A stretch of 63,070 nt of DNA, counting the filler, from Welwitschia mirabilis (Eukaryota), in NCBI GenBank assembly GCA_051453625.1. It is 6 parts of one record of this genome, joined end to end, with 100 filler letters (N's around TTAATTAATTAA, not from the genome) between each part and the next. Parts side by side here need not be neighbours in the genome. Positions count along the whole stretch, not along the records: positions 1 to 30,467 come from JBOZIK010000001.1; 5 more parts are not named here. The stretch is one strand, 5' to 3'. Positions 13,601-27,344 of the stretch are shown one piece after another (the first letter of the stretch is position 1; each line of letters starts with the position of its first letter). The translations under genes were made by a program, and so were the position numbers. The notes beneath the pieces were generated by a model. That model was not told where the DNA came from and ran no database searches. It saw nothing but the letters and a program-made list of their open reading frames with translations.

Positions 13601-14450
13601 TATGTTATATCTTAATGTCTTTATGTGTTATAGATGAGACATTTAAATGTTTTTATACAGATATTTAGATTCTTGAAGAAGATTAAAAAATATAGTTATT
13701 ACATATAAGAGAAATTATTAATCTTTTTAAATGCATATTTTTATTTATAACTTACTCGAGATTCAGAAGCATCATTACTAACATCATGATACATTATGTT
13801 CTTATGAATAGCATCTTTGTCTTAGTAATTTATGTGTTAGAGAGTTATAAATATATTATCTTTTAGAGTATAATATACTACTACATTTGAATCATATAGA
13901 GAGGTTTAAATGGTAAATAAAACTTTTGAAAGAAATTTAATTGAAGTAAAAAAAGAAAATTCACTTTTCATTGGTAGTTACTTTACTATCTTCATAGAAA
14001 AATATCTAGTGCATCATAACTAAAATTATTTTATCTTATGCTTATAAAAATTAGAAAAATTATACAAAATAATGTGACTACTCTAGTATACTATTCTATC
14101 ATATAAAAGATAACTAACATTTTGACAAAGGAAGTTTGCTAAGAAAACTTGTAATAATTTCAATCCAAAATTAGATTGTATGTAATGGAAGTTATTTGGA
14201 TATTAAAATCTCTATAAAATCATGTCATGATCCTAATACTAGTGATTGTAATACACTTTATGCTAGTACTACATAATGTTAATGTAATGAATAAGTTTTA
14301 TTTCTATGAAATGTATAATAATAAATTAACTACTTCTATATATAAGATAGTTTTCTTACATAATAACTCCTTCTTAAAGAGGTTTTTATTATACGTTATA
14401 TTCATAAGAGTTTTCCCTAAGTGCTTTAGGTTTTTTGAAAGATAACATAT
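10620..14450 (+). mobile_element. Degenerate Ty1/copia element (LTR-like segment plus pol relic)
   Basis: LTR-end-like ATTCACCCCTTTTCCTCT at ~10978. Protease KTWILDTNVINQM (~11175), integrase KIKGFHSDNGRKY (~11835), RT WKLHKMDIKIVSLNG (~13028), RNase H end NILTK (~14115). Riddled with stops. Confidence 0.8.
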
Positions 14451-15199
14451 TCTCATTATGAGAGGAGAGTTGCTAAGACATAATAAGTCATGCATCATAA
14501 TCCTAAACTTTAGGTTATAATCATATTATTTAACCTTAGTATTTTACCTCATTTTATCTCAGTTAATTTCCTTATGATATGTGATGTCATTTTGATCACG
14601 TACCTTAGAGTCAATTCAATTTAGTAAGTAAATTTAAATTAGATAATTTTCTTATAATTTTATTTGTGTACCTTAACTTCTCTCTGAGTTAATCTTATAG
14701 GTCTATCATTCTAGCATTTATTGTAATCTAAATAGTTACCAATTAAGGGTTCTTTCCCTTAATTATTTCTTGTCCTTTTAATTATGTTCAATTCCATTTA
14801 GCATGATTTTAGTCTATAAATTAAAGTAATTTTAGTTACTTGGGAACTAATGACAACATGCATATTTTAATTTTACTTTATTTGTTTTTTCCTTTTTATC
14901 CTTGTTAATTAAAGCTTTGCATAATTCTAGTTGTTTTATCTAGTAAGAAAACTAAAAAATATGGAAAACTATGTTAAAGAACATAGTGTACTATCTTAGA
15001 TTCATTATGAGTATCAATAATTAGCTATCCAATAAAGAAGAAAAAAGAAAGAAAAAGAGATATTTATATCTAAGATAAAATAAATATCACAAGATATTTA
15101 AAACATTAATCATTATTAAAAATATTAATTATATATTAAAATAATTAAGAATAGTGTAAGAAAAAGTTATTAATATTAGAATAAGTACTTTTATGTTTT

Positions 15200-16500
15200 T
15201 TTATTTTTAATAATGAAATTTATTTGGGTCTATTATGGCAAAAGCACATAAGATGATGATTCTATACAATGGTGCCATGACATGTATAGGATAATAATGA
15301 TGATGTTGTTATATTAAGAATAAAATATCATATCTAATATATTTAATATGGTGTAGTTTATCTTATTACAAAATTTTTTAATTTACTAGTAAAATGTAGT
15401 TATCACCTATTAATTTAAAATGTGATTATCAAGATAAAATTAAGCTATTAAAATATAAAAAATATTTCTCTAATATATTACAGATAAGACCTTTATCTAC
15501 ATATAAATTAATTATGTTGTAGTTATTTCCGATTGTTGTTTATTATTGGTGTAGCCAACTAGCTAGTTTTTAGAGCTAATGCTTCCCTCCTAAGTTAGTA
15601 ATGTTTTTGTTATGTTTATCTTAATGTGAGTATCGATAGTATCACAAGTTTATTGTGGTATGTTCTATATTTTATTTATCTTTTTAGGCTTATAGTTTAT
15701 GTTGGCATTGATAACTTTTAATACTCACTAGTTTAGGTTTTTATGTTATTTTTTTTTCCTTTTTCCTTCTTGTTCATCTTTCTTTATATGTTTCTTTGAT
15801 TTCTAAATTGACTATTAATTAGTAAGGATATTTCATTTCTTTAGTTATTTTGATGGGAAGTTTCCTATTAAAGCCTTTTCATTCCCTCTCTATCACTCTT
15901 TATTTTTTTCTAGTTTTTTGGTTCTTTAAGATTTCTATTTATTATAATTCTTAAATTTTTACAATTTTTATAATTGGGACTTATTCTTGCTTCTTCTCTA
16001 GTTCTTTTTTCTGATCATTCTATTCCTCTAGCTTTATCTCTTTTAATTATTTATTTGTTAATTTGAGTTGATCCCCTAACTCTTTCATTGAATAATATAT
16101 AGGTTTTATCTTATTTTGTTTTACCTAGTTTTTTCCCTTATTCCTTAGTCAAGCATTCCTATTTTTTATTTTCATAAATGTATTTATTCATAGAAGCATT
16201 ATAATAATTCTCAAATTACTTCTTTAAATCTTACTTAGTTTTCTTTATATTTTATCTTGCTTACTTTAAAGATCTTCTAATTTCTTATACTTAGTTTGAT
16301 AATTCTTAAATTATATTTTTTAAAATTCCACTTTGGAATTTTGTTCTATCTTGAGCTTATTATTTTCTAAGTTATCTATCCTAGATGCTTAGTCTTCTTC
16401 ATAAGCCTCCAAATTTTCCAACAAATTTAGCTATTTCTTTTTCAAATTTCATTTGGAAGTTATTATTGGTTTGATAGTGATGTATTAATGTACTTATAAA
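15200..16500 (-). mobile_element. Possible very old Ty3/gypsy gag-protease relic
   Basis: Purine-rich minus strand with faint zinc-knuckle-like and protease-like traces and no clean motif. Boundaries are guessed. Confidence 0.25.
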
Positions 16501-19348
16501 GTATGAATTTATGATGCAAGGAAAATCATTAACATGATATCCATGGAGTTATTATACACAGATTATATAATAAACTATGCAGGAAATATAATGAAATGTA
16601 TATTGGAGAATTAATTATAGTTGTATTAGGAAAAATAATACAAGACAATCTAATATTGAATTGAGCTCTAGTAAATATATCTTTTGAATGTGATAGATCA
16701 TAGGCATTCATAAGAATAAAAACTATGCAAGTTTCTTCTATGAATTACACTCTATTACCTAAATAATTCATGCCTTAAACTATTATTTAGCCTTATAGTT
16801 TGACTATAAGCTTGGAATGGACAAGTATGAATAAAAATTAACTAATAAAGAAAATTAGACATAAAATGGAAACATAAATTAAAAAATAATTTTATTAATT
16901 AAAATAGTCTTACAATGTGTTTTCACATGAAAAAATATTCACTAGTAAAGTAGATAAATGGATCTTATGCCAAAGAACTAATGGAAACAACATCAATACA
17001 AAGAAGATCTTTGAATCTATCTTAGAACCTTATTTTTTATAATAATTGTATAATAAAGCCAATTACAATATATTTTTTGATGCTTTAATCATCATTAGAC
17101 TTAAATGAAGTCAAATGAAGGTTTTATAGAAAATAAATAAAGTTAATTTAAAAAAATAAAAATGAACATGCTTAATTTTGATATCAAATGAAAAATAATT
17201 AATTAAGGACTTATTTGATATAACTTTGACTTCATTTTAATTTTGGAAATGCAAGTTATAATCCATTGTAAGTGCATGATGTTACCATATTAATCAACTA
17301 TTCTTAAGCCCTGAATCACTACCAAGTTACAACATCATGGAATGTGACATGAGTCATTAATTCAATGTGATAAAAATAATGATTAGTAAAATCACAATCA
17401 TAATGTAATCCTTAAATTAATTGATTCTAGTTATAAATCACATTAGAACATGATGATTTTTTATATTATGATGCTACCTTAAAATGCATTAAAATTATTT
17501 CTTTCTATTTATTATATTACAATCTTAGTATGCATGCAAACACAAATACATTAAACGTTTCATTACAAACTATCATAATGCGATAAAGTTTTTGATTATT
17601 TTTTTAAAAAAGAATACTTTTACAAATCATTTTCTTAGGTAAAATGTCATGTAAATTTATTTTAATGAATTTCACATTAAATATATTTAGTAATAAATAT
17701 GGATAAGATCCTTCATATATAACCTATGATCCTGGGAAGAAAGAAGATATTCACTATTTAAGTTTCATTAGTTTCCTTTAAAACATGTAAAAAACTCTGC
17801 ATAATCACTTTAAAAGATAATAAAGCGATAATTCTTCTACCAAAAAGGGCACACTATAGATTATTTGGAAGTTTAGCCAACTTTAAGTATGACCTTAGTG
17901 TACTTAGAAAGGCATTGTTATTAAGAGGATTACTATTTTAAATGAACACTTGTTTAATTAATTTGTAGTTTACATTAGTTTTATCAACTTCTAAGCTCTA
18001 ATATCTTTACAAATTTCTTATAGGATTATAGATTTCTTTATCTCTTAAATTGATGTTTTATTTATTTACTATTTTCTTATCTAATAATTTCTACTTATTT
18101 TTTATTTCTATCTTTCTTTCCTCGCTTTTTTCTTTTCTTTTCTTTTTTCTCTCTAAGGTACGTGGGGGAAGGGCTGTCTTGATTTACTTATTTAAATCAT
18201 TTCCATTATTTTTGAAAAACATTTTTCCTTGTAGAACTTACCATGAAGAGGTTTGGGATTATTCTATTAATTTAATAGTTTTGAACATCTTTGAGGGTTA
18301 TCCTTACTAAACGTGTATTATCATATTTTATGTGTTTGGTTTGAGAATATGTTAATCCCTTACATAGTTGAGGTTTAATAAAACTTAATTAAAGAATTAA
18401 AGTATCATAATTATTAAAACTCTAAGGGTTAAAGGTATTAATTTCATAAATTTCCATATCAAGATGTATGATTTTTGTGGAACGTATGTGTAATGTAATC
18501 TACCATTTTATGCATGCAACATAATAACTATCTTTGTTAAGGTGTAAAGTAGAATATGTATGATTTTAGTCCTTAAAAAACCTATATTAGTCATGTAAAA
18601 ACTGCTATACCTTGAATTATATTATAATTTACAATCTCTCAAATATCTATCTTAGCTACCAAAGTAGAGGTTCTAGTTTTAAAAATTAACTAGAGCATCC
18701 TATAATAGTATACTTATCTCTAATTATCATTATCTCTTAGGTATTTCAAAGGTATTTTAGAGCTAGAAAAGATTTATGAAAGGGTTATAAATATGGATTT
18801 ACATAGAAAGAGTTTCAAAAAGATGTTAAGAATTAAGATATTATATATTCTTATTTTAGGAATCAAGAATTATTATTCATAAGATAATCTATCAAGCAAG
18901 CCCAAGCTAAGTTAAATATATTACATTAAGTACCAATTATATTTAGATATAAGAAATAAAATGATTGTTATAGATTCTAAATACCATGCAGGCACTAATA
19001 TTAAATAATTCATTTTTATAATTAAATGTAGAAAGTACTAGGATAGTATAAAAGATGTCACAAAAACAAACACATCAATCATTTAAACCATAATAATACA
19101 TTTATGAAATAGATATAAATGATAAATACAAAAAAATAAAAATTTACAATTACATAAATTCAATCATAGATTAAAGTTTAGTCACCAATGATGCAAATAC
19201 TACTATAAATATTAATTTAGTATAGATAAATGATTTGTCTTGATAAGATATGTGTCTCATAAATCAATCATTTTATCATACCTAGGGAGAGATAATAGAA
19301 GCTTAAAACCTGATAATAAGATAATCCCTCATCATAATCATAGAATAT

Positions 19349-21124
19349 CTAAATCTAAATTAATAGAAAGTTTCAATGGACAAATGGATACAAAGAGCAC
19401 ATGGATGATGAACATGACTTAATTTACCATTGAGGTAAGCCTTGATTATGTAGAATTCCTTAGGATTTTATATTACATGGGTATGTCCTTATTAATAACA
19501 GATGGTTACTAAAAAATCTCCTTAAGCTAAATGATTTAGGTATTTATTTGTTAGTCTTATTAAGAGCTAGATTAAGGCTTTTATTGATAGTTTACTTTTA
19601 GATTTATGATGTAAGATTAATTTAGTAATTTATCCTTTATTTTGCAATCCATTCCTTTTAGGACCAATCCTCCTATGGTACTAAAAGTTCAAATGACAAT
19701 GCAAGTTCATTTAGGTTGCTTGATCTCCACGTAAGCTAGGCAACTCAGGATAACTTGTAAATAACATCCCACAAATCAATACCTTCTAATAACACTTTTT
19801 AAAATCAATGGATAAATGTGGTTAATAATATTCCAATAATAGATATTGTATTTGTACTCATAAAATATATTAGTTACTAAATTTTAAAGAGTTAGATATG
19901 TAAAAATTAGAAAATATAAGCACCCTCCAATGAACCATTTACTATTTTCTTAGTAAATATTAAGCTATAAAGGATATTTAACATATTAAAATCTCTCTAC
20001 ATGACTATATTCAAAATCAAAAATAAAGGGAAAATTGAATTTTCAAACTACTAAAGAGCATATACATATATTTTATATATTTAACTAATTTATTTTGATT
20101 ATTAAAATTAAAAAATAATAAAATTTTCCATCTCTTAAGATCTAATTTCATTGGAAATTTTTAAATTTTTTAAATTTTTTAAAANNNNNNNNNNNNNNNN
20201 NNNNNNNNNNNNNNNNNNNNNNNNNNNNNNNNNNNNNNNNNNNNNNNNNNNNNNNNNNNNNNNNNNNNNNNNNNNNNNNNNNNNAAGACCTAAATCTAAA
20301 TTAATAGAAAGTTTTAATGGACAAATGGATACAATGATCACATGGATGATGAACATGACATGATTTACCATTGAGGTAAGCCTTGATTATGTATAATTCC
20401 TTAGGATTTTAAATTACATGGCTATGTCCTTATTATTAACAAATGGTCACTAATAAATCTCCTTAAGCTATATAATTTAGGTATTTATTTGTTAGTATTC
20501 TTAAGCTCTAGTTTAAGGATTTTATTGATAGTTTACTTTTAGATTTATGATGTAAGATTAATTTACTAATTTATCCTTTATTTTGCAATCCATTTATTTT
20601 AGGACCAATCCTCCTATGGTACTAAAAGTTCAAATGACAACATAAGCTCATTTAGATTGCTTGGTCTCCATGTAAGCTAGGCAACTTAAGATAACTTATA
20701 AATAACATCCCACAAATCAATACTTTCTAATAATACTTTTTAAAATAAAGGGATAAAATGTGGTTAATAATATTCCAATAATAGATATGGTATATGTACT
20801 CATAAAATATATTACTTACTAAATTTTAAAGAGTTAGATATGTAAAAATTAAAAGATATAAGCAACCCCAACCAACCATTTACTATTTTCTTAGTAAATA
20901 TTAAGTTATAAAGGATATTTAACATATCAAAATCTCTCTACATGACTATATTCAAAATTAAAAATAAAGGGGAAATTGAATTTTCAAATTATTAAAGAGC
21001 ATATACATATATTTTATATATATAACTAATTTATTTTGATTATTAAAATTACAAAATAAATAAAATTTTCCATCTCTTAAGATCTCATTTCATTGGAAAT
21101 TTTTCACTTTTTTAAATTTTTAAA
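19349..21124 (+). repeat. ~835-bp direct duplication flanking a 100-N gap
   Basis: 19349-20184 is repeated at 20290-21124 with scattered substitutions. Confidence 0.95.
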
Positions 21125-21599
21125 AAATATATAAATAAATAAAATATTTTATATTAGGTAAAAATTAATTAATTTCTAGAAAATTATATTGATTTTTACC
21201 CCTCTAACAAACTTTAACATTGTCCTTAATTTTTAAAATATGTTAAAAAATTAGAAAATGTTCATGAAAAGACATTTTTTAAAAGAAAAACATACATTTT
21301 TCTATTACTCAATATTGAAGACATTACACATGAAAACAAAGAAGGAAATAGAAAGAAAAAACAAAGAGAATAAGAGATAAGATTACAAATTAAATAGAGG
21401 AATATGTACAAGGAGAAATCCTTCTATTATTTCTAGTAATAAGGATTTGTTAAAGCTCATCAACTCTATGCATAACATTTCTATTATTATTACTCATCCT
21501 ACTCTAAATCCTTTGCATTCAATATTTGTGAATTTTTTAAACCATTTTCATGAATTTATTTCCTCTTGAAAGGAAGTATGAGTTAGAGTTCTTGGCCTT

Positions 21600-22300
21600 T
21601 GATGAGATGGTAATAATGGTTTTCCCCCCATGTTCTTGTTCTTCTTAGTCCCTAAAAGTTAAAACTTATGTTTTAAGTGATCTCTTAAGTTGGTAATACC
21701 TCTTAAAATAGATGATTTTTATATCTATATGGTAGTTAATGTATTTACCATACTATTCCTCTACATGAAAAGGTTTACCATCATTTACATATTTGAAAAT
21801 ATCTCCAACAAGACTAAGAAAAGGGAGGTTTTTGGAGTTTTATCTTACTTATTTTAGTACATGAAAGAGGAATTTACATATATCTTCCATTTTTGACGAT
21901 AAAGATAATTGTAAGGGCTCTAGAATAGTAATTTATAACATGAGAATAGGGATAGACATCCTAATGAAAAGCCTAAACAATATAAATAGTTCTTAAATAA
22001 AAAGTTACAAGAAATTAAATATTTCCTATTAAAATTTTATTCAACATTAAGTCCATGATAAAATAATGATAAATTTTTATCTAAAGTAATAGGATGAAAA
22101 TCTAGATCTAGGAGATGTAATACTTTAGAAATAAAAGGAGGATTAATTAAATGTTAATTCTTTTTACCTTTGTTGATATGGTCTAAGGTTCTTCTCTCTT
22201 ATCTTTTAATTCCTTAGAGTTTCCACCTCATTATAATAAGAACATGTTACTATAAAGTTTTTAAGCTTATCATGGTAGTAGGTATTTTTGTTCATTGGAA
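21600..22300 (-). mobile_element. Possible LINE ORF1 (DUF4283/zinc-knuckle) relic
   Basis: Minus-strand traces DFHP..., HGLNVE, FIRMSIP, MEDICKF resemble plant L1 ORF1. Weak. Confidence 0.3.
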
Positions 22301-23299
22301 GAAAGGTCCTCGTTTATATGCTTAATTTTCTTTAGGTACACAATGACATATTATTGTAGAAAGTTCTATAATACCCCTCCATAATGAAGTATCTACTTCT
22401 CCTAGACATTATGGTTTAAACTCTTATTCAACTAAAAAGTATAGTAGTACTTGCAAAACTAGTTGTGTTTCTAGTTAATTCTATCAAATGAGAATTAGTA
22501 AGGTTTAACATGGGTGAGTATAGTGAGGAATCTATTTTTATAAATGAAATATTGAATATTGATCCTTAATAGATTTGTAAGAATGATTAGTTAAAGTTCA
22601 TAGTGACATGAATCAACTATTAATTTTAAATTTTTATTTTTTGGTTTATTGATTTTGCTTAAACTTAATCTTATGTTGAAAATTGGAATTCTAGAAAGTA
22701 AATTTAAACTTTACAAAATAGGTGAGAATCCTAAGTTTTCAAATTACATAAATTTTTATTTTTAGCATTTTCTTTTTTACATAAGGTTTTAAATCAATTT
22801 TCGTATTTACTTTTTCAAGTAGTTATAACCCATATACCTTTAACACTAATCATACAATGTAACGTTATCTCATATTTGGTTTTACATATCGAATCCAAAT
22901 CATTAAAATAAGTCAATCATAAAGCTACTAATTAAGTAGTATTTCTAATTGAATTTAGTCTTCAGATAAGATATTTTATTTTATTAAAACATAAAATAAA
23001 GAAAAAAGATGACAAATTAATTATATTGCTTAACTTGGACAACTTTATGTTTTAGGCATTTGTCCTAACTAATGCTTTAAACTATTCATGATAAAATTTA
23101 ATAATGATTCCCAATATTTATGCCATATCATGTGTTCAATTACATTATTCCAAAACATCCATTACTAACTTTAAAAAACTATTTATGCAAAGGAAAAAGG
23201 TTTTTAAAACTTGCATTTAACTTGTTTGTTCTTTTATAGAAAATACATGTAACTTGAAGCATGGCTTAGATGGCTTATAAATAATTTCATAATATCTTT

Positions 23300-25650
23300 A
23301 ACCATCAAGGCTTTAAAATTACATATAATGGTTTTAAGCTAACATAGGAGTAGAATATGGATGTGCTAGCATAGATATTCTTCATACATGACTTAATTAG
23401 TCTTAATGTAGATGCTAATAGTTTATATTTTTATATATTCTTTATTCATTCTCCATCTTAATATGTTGATTTTCATAGGTTTTAGTTTTTCAAAACTAGT
23501 ATAGCTAATATATTCCCATGCTAATTACCCTATTTTTATAAGTGGTACTATGTAGAAACATGTTAACATGTATGTTTTACATAATAAAATTGTTATAACA
23601 TGAATGTCTTTGACATATAGGATTAACATGTATATTTTCCATAACAAGATTGAACTAAAGATATTTAACATTAATATTTTAAATATTTTCTATAAATTTT
23701 AAATCTTTATTCATATACATAAGAAAATATTTATAATCTAGTGTACTACATTTATTATGCATGGCATAAAGAGATGGAGAAGTTGAGATGCTTGCTTAAG
23801 TGTTGATTTAGTTCATTTAATTCTTAATCTTATATGAAATGGAAGGTACCTAAGAGATTAACATTTTATAGATTAAAATAATTAAATGCTATACTTATTA
23901 TAACTCTAATTTTAGCCAAACTAAATCCCAAGACTTTATATTATTAAAATTCATTTCTTAAATGATACCATATTTAACTTTATTTAACACATATATTTCC
24001 TATAATTCTAGGCTAATGGAATAAGGTTAAAACTATAAGCCATGGGAATATAATTTGGAAAATATTTAATAATTTAGCCATTAATGATGAAAAATGATTA
24101 TCTTAAGGATTAAAATCTTGATAGCATCATGAGATAATACTTCTAAATCTCAAAAATGCTAGTTTACTTAGATATAAGTTTTCTAAAAAATGCTAAAATA
24201 TTGAATCATCTAGTACAACCAAAACATTCGATTAAAATTTTTTCCTAATGATGTGTTTATCATGATAGGATTTAATTTCTTATTTTTGGATTTTTTGGAT
24301 TTCATATGCTTCATTCCTAAATTTTTTTATTTTATTCAAGACAAAATTTCTAAATTATAAAGCTGCATTAAGATTTTGATTAAGATATTTTATGGCTCAA
24401 AAATCCTTATGTTAAATTTCTAAAGAGAGAAGACAATATTTTCTAAAAATGATTTGTAAGGATTACATTCTAATGAAGGTTTTATAGGTAGTTTGGTTAT
24501 TTCAGAAATATCACTGAGGTGTAATAACCAATCATTTATATGAAAATTCACTATTTTCTATAAAATCATTTTCAACTGTAATGTAACTTCTACTTGATCA
24601 TTGGTTTACAAGTGATAAGGAGTTATAAATTTATAGACTATTGCACATTTTCTCATAATATTATGTAGTATTCTATTTCAAAAATAAGTTCCTTCATCAC
24701 TAATGATAGCTTTACAATGGACAAAATAAGATAATCTATGTTATTTTAAGAACATCATAACTACTCTTAAGTCATATTTTTTAATCAAGATAGCTTCATA
24801 CTGCTTAGCAATACATTCTATATAAACTAATATATATAAGCACATAAAACATGAGGAAGATGATCCACTAAAATCTATACTCTATACATCAAATTATTTG
24901 ATTTTAAGAATAAGAAAATAAGGCAAAATATCTATTTGTATAATGTTACCTAGGTGTTGAAATCTATTATAGAAGTTTCAACATTCATAGACATATTTAA
25001 AAAATCTAGATAATAGAGTCTAAATTAAAAGTTTTAAGAGAAGTCATTTTATTAGAAAAACAAACTCTACAAATCCCATCATGTTTAAAGTTCATAAAAT
25101 TTAAGTTTCAAATGAATAAATGCATTTATGAATGATTTTCTTAGAATATTATTTAAATAAATAAGTCTTGTTCTAAAACAATTCATTTATTTCATGCAAG
25201 AACTGCTTTTTATCTTGAGTATTTAAATGATTAATAGATTCATAAGTATTAAGAGAATTAAGTAGGTTAACATAGTAGGGTTTCTATTATAAATCTAAAA
25301 TATATTCATCAGAAAATAAATCATTTATAGGTATTAAATTTGAAAGAGAAGGAGATTAAGAAATAATGTGAGATACCTAATCAATAACTAAATTTTATAA
25401 TCCTTTCTTATCTTTAGCTTTTATATCAAACTATTATAAAAATTAGGCCCACCTCATTAATTTAGATATGTATTCTCTCTTATCCAACATTTATTTAAGA
25501 GTAGAATGATCAATAAAGACAATGGTCTTTTACACTCATAAAATATAATCTAAATTTTCTAAATGAGAAACTAGTATTAATATCTATTTTTTAGTTCTTA
25601 TACAATTAAAATAAAAACCTTAGAGTTTTTTACTTTCATTGCAAATGACA
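23300..25650 (-). mobile_element. Degenerate L1-type LINE ORF2 relic (endonuclease-RT)
   Basis: Eroded motifs appear in the expected order on minus: GGxFN-like (~25450), KAYDxVxW-like (~24175), IING (~24085), and KSTL..LYAM (~23760-23815). Confidence 0.45.
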
Positions 25651-26246
25651 TAAGGTTTATTATCTCTTCTTTGTTACAAACGTACTCGTGTAATGTAATT
25701 TCTTGTACGACATAATAAATCAAAAGAAAGATATCAATCAAGAGGTTGCAAGATAGGAGATAAATTTATAAGAGATTTAAGTGTTCAAAAGATGGCACTA
25801 GTTCAAGAGTATAATCATAAGAGGAATTTTACCAATAAGATTAGTTAAGGCCTTTAATCTTTTGATTCATTACAAGTTGATTATTTGTCAGTACGAGTTT
25901 TACTTATGATGTTTTTAGGAGCCCCAACCAAATGAGAGATTTCATTTCTTTTTTAATGTACTAGAAGATCTATGGAGATTAAATAATATTTAAACTTCTA
26001 TTTTTCAAGTTAAAAAAAAGTTTAAATAATAGCTTTAGTTTACTTTAGTTATAAACTGTGTTTTGTGCTCATTAGACTTTGGTTTCTTGAAGATCTTAAT
26101 ATCTAGAAATAGAGAATTAAATATTAATAATGAAAAGTGAGATAGATTAAAATAATTTTGATGTCATCTTTATAGTGTCCTTGCCTTGGTTAATTAAGGG
26201 AAAAACCTCTACAAAAAAAAGATATTAATCTTTATCTTTTAGAATC

Positions 26247-26320
26247 TAAGGTAAAAGGAATTTGAATACTTGACCTTATGGTCTAGAATCATGAACCTTT
26301 TTTCACTAAGCTACTAACTC
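26247..26320 (-). pseudogene. trnR: Plastid-derived tRNA pseudogene, probably trnR-CCG
   Basis: 74 nt: GAGTTAGTAGCTTAGTG..CATGA-TTCTAGA-CCATA..GGTCAAGTATTCAAAT. The cloverleaf is largely restored by reversing C>T/G>A, and loop TT-CTA-GA is derivable from TT-CCG-GA. It lies just downstream of rbcL on the same strand. Confidence 0.65.
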
Positions 26321-26423
26321 CTAGGAAAAATTATTACCTTTTTCTTTCCTCAACCCCCCTCCACCTGACTCCAACCCACACCCTCTTTTTTATTCCTAAA
26401 ATAAAAGAGAGTAATAGATTTAT

Positions 26424-26465
26424 AAGGATCTAGGTTGGATGGTATACCTACCCCACTTGGATCTT
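26424..26465 (-). terminator. Eroded rbcL 3' inverted repeat (plastid mRNA stem-loop)
   Basis: GGATCTAGGTTGGATGG...CCTACCCCACTTGGATCT forms an imperfect hairpin ~45 nt after the rbcL stop. Confidence 0.55.
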
Positions 26466-26507
26466 AGCATATTCAAAATAATTATTTATTAGTAGAAAAT
26501 GGCTAGA

Positions 26508-26872
26508 TTACAATGTATCCACTAAATCAAATTCAAAATTGATCTTCTTTTAGGCTTCACATACAACAGCTAGTTCAAGACTCCATTTAGCTACTTTGTA
26601 GATTACTTCATTTCCTTGATGAACAAGATTGTGCCCCTTGTTATGAGCCTGTACACAAGCTTTTAAAGTAACTCGATTAGTTGTAGCACCTAGTGCATTT
26701 TTCCCAATAGTGTTCTAAAGTTTCTCCACCAAATTGTAGTACAACATCATCTCCAAAAATATTGGTCAAAGATGGCATATGTTAAACATGAATACCTCCC
26801 AAAGCTACAGGCATGATACCTGATATAGATACCCAATATTGAGTGAAATAAATATCATGACTCCAATCTTTA
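26508..26872 (-). pseudogene. rbcL: NUPT: 3' quarter of RuBisCO large subunit
   Basis: Translates as [88 protein letters not shown], with stops and a frameshift. Confidence 0.95.
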
Positions 26873-26974
26873 CATCTTTGTTATTCTTTTGTTCAATTTA
26901 TCTATCATGTAAATTCTACTTACTGTGATATATTATTGTCAACTTTAATATAAATAGCATGAAGGCTATATTTA

Positions 26975-27335
26975 TACAAATTATAGTGGAATCTATGAAA
27001 GCATTGCTTATCAACTTGTTCTAACCTAGGATAATAAGATTATAAGCTTGGTCCTACTTCATGCAATTAGAGAAAACTTTCACTTAGCTCAGANNNNNNN
27101 NNNATGTGGCTTATAGGTGTAGAGCCAAACCCAAAAATCCCAATAAGCATTAACTCTCTCTGAAAAGGAGGTAATCCAGTCACACCTTTTAGTATAGCTA
27201 TCTTGTTATGACTTCACTCTAATCACTAATCCTACCTTTATCATCCCCCTCCTTGTGGTTAAGGTAAAGACTTCAAACATGACCAACTCCTGTAGTGTGG
27301 TGGGTAGTATGTACAAGGCCTAAGAACAAATTCAC
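26975..27335 (-). pseudogene. rrn16: NUPT: 3' end of plastid 16S rRNA (27163-27335) plus rrn16-trnI spacer
   Basis: AAGGAGGTAATCCAGTCACACCTTTTAGTATAGCTATCTTGTTATGACTT is an eroded reverse complement of the 16S 3' end. Spacer-like ATCAACTTGTTCTAACCTAGGATAATAAG lies adjacent. Confidence 0.92.
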
Positions 27336-27344
27336 ATAGGAATT

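Noticed and set aside
26060..26170. Possible small plastid gene (psbI/psbT/psaI) downstream of trnR
   Set aside because: Minus-strand translation gives no convincing match to any of them.
26247..26320. tRNA with a CTA anticodon (amber-suppressor-like)
   Set aside because: Stems and the T-loop are eroded and it lies in a dead NUPT. CTA is simply explained as CCG after C>T and G>A.
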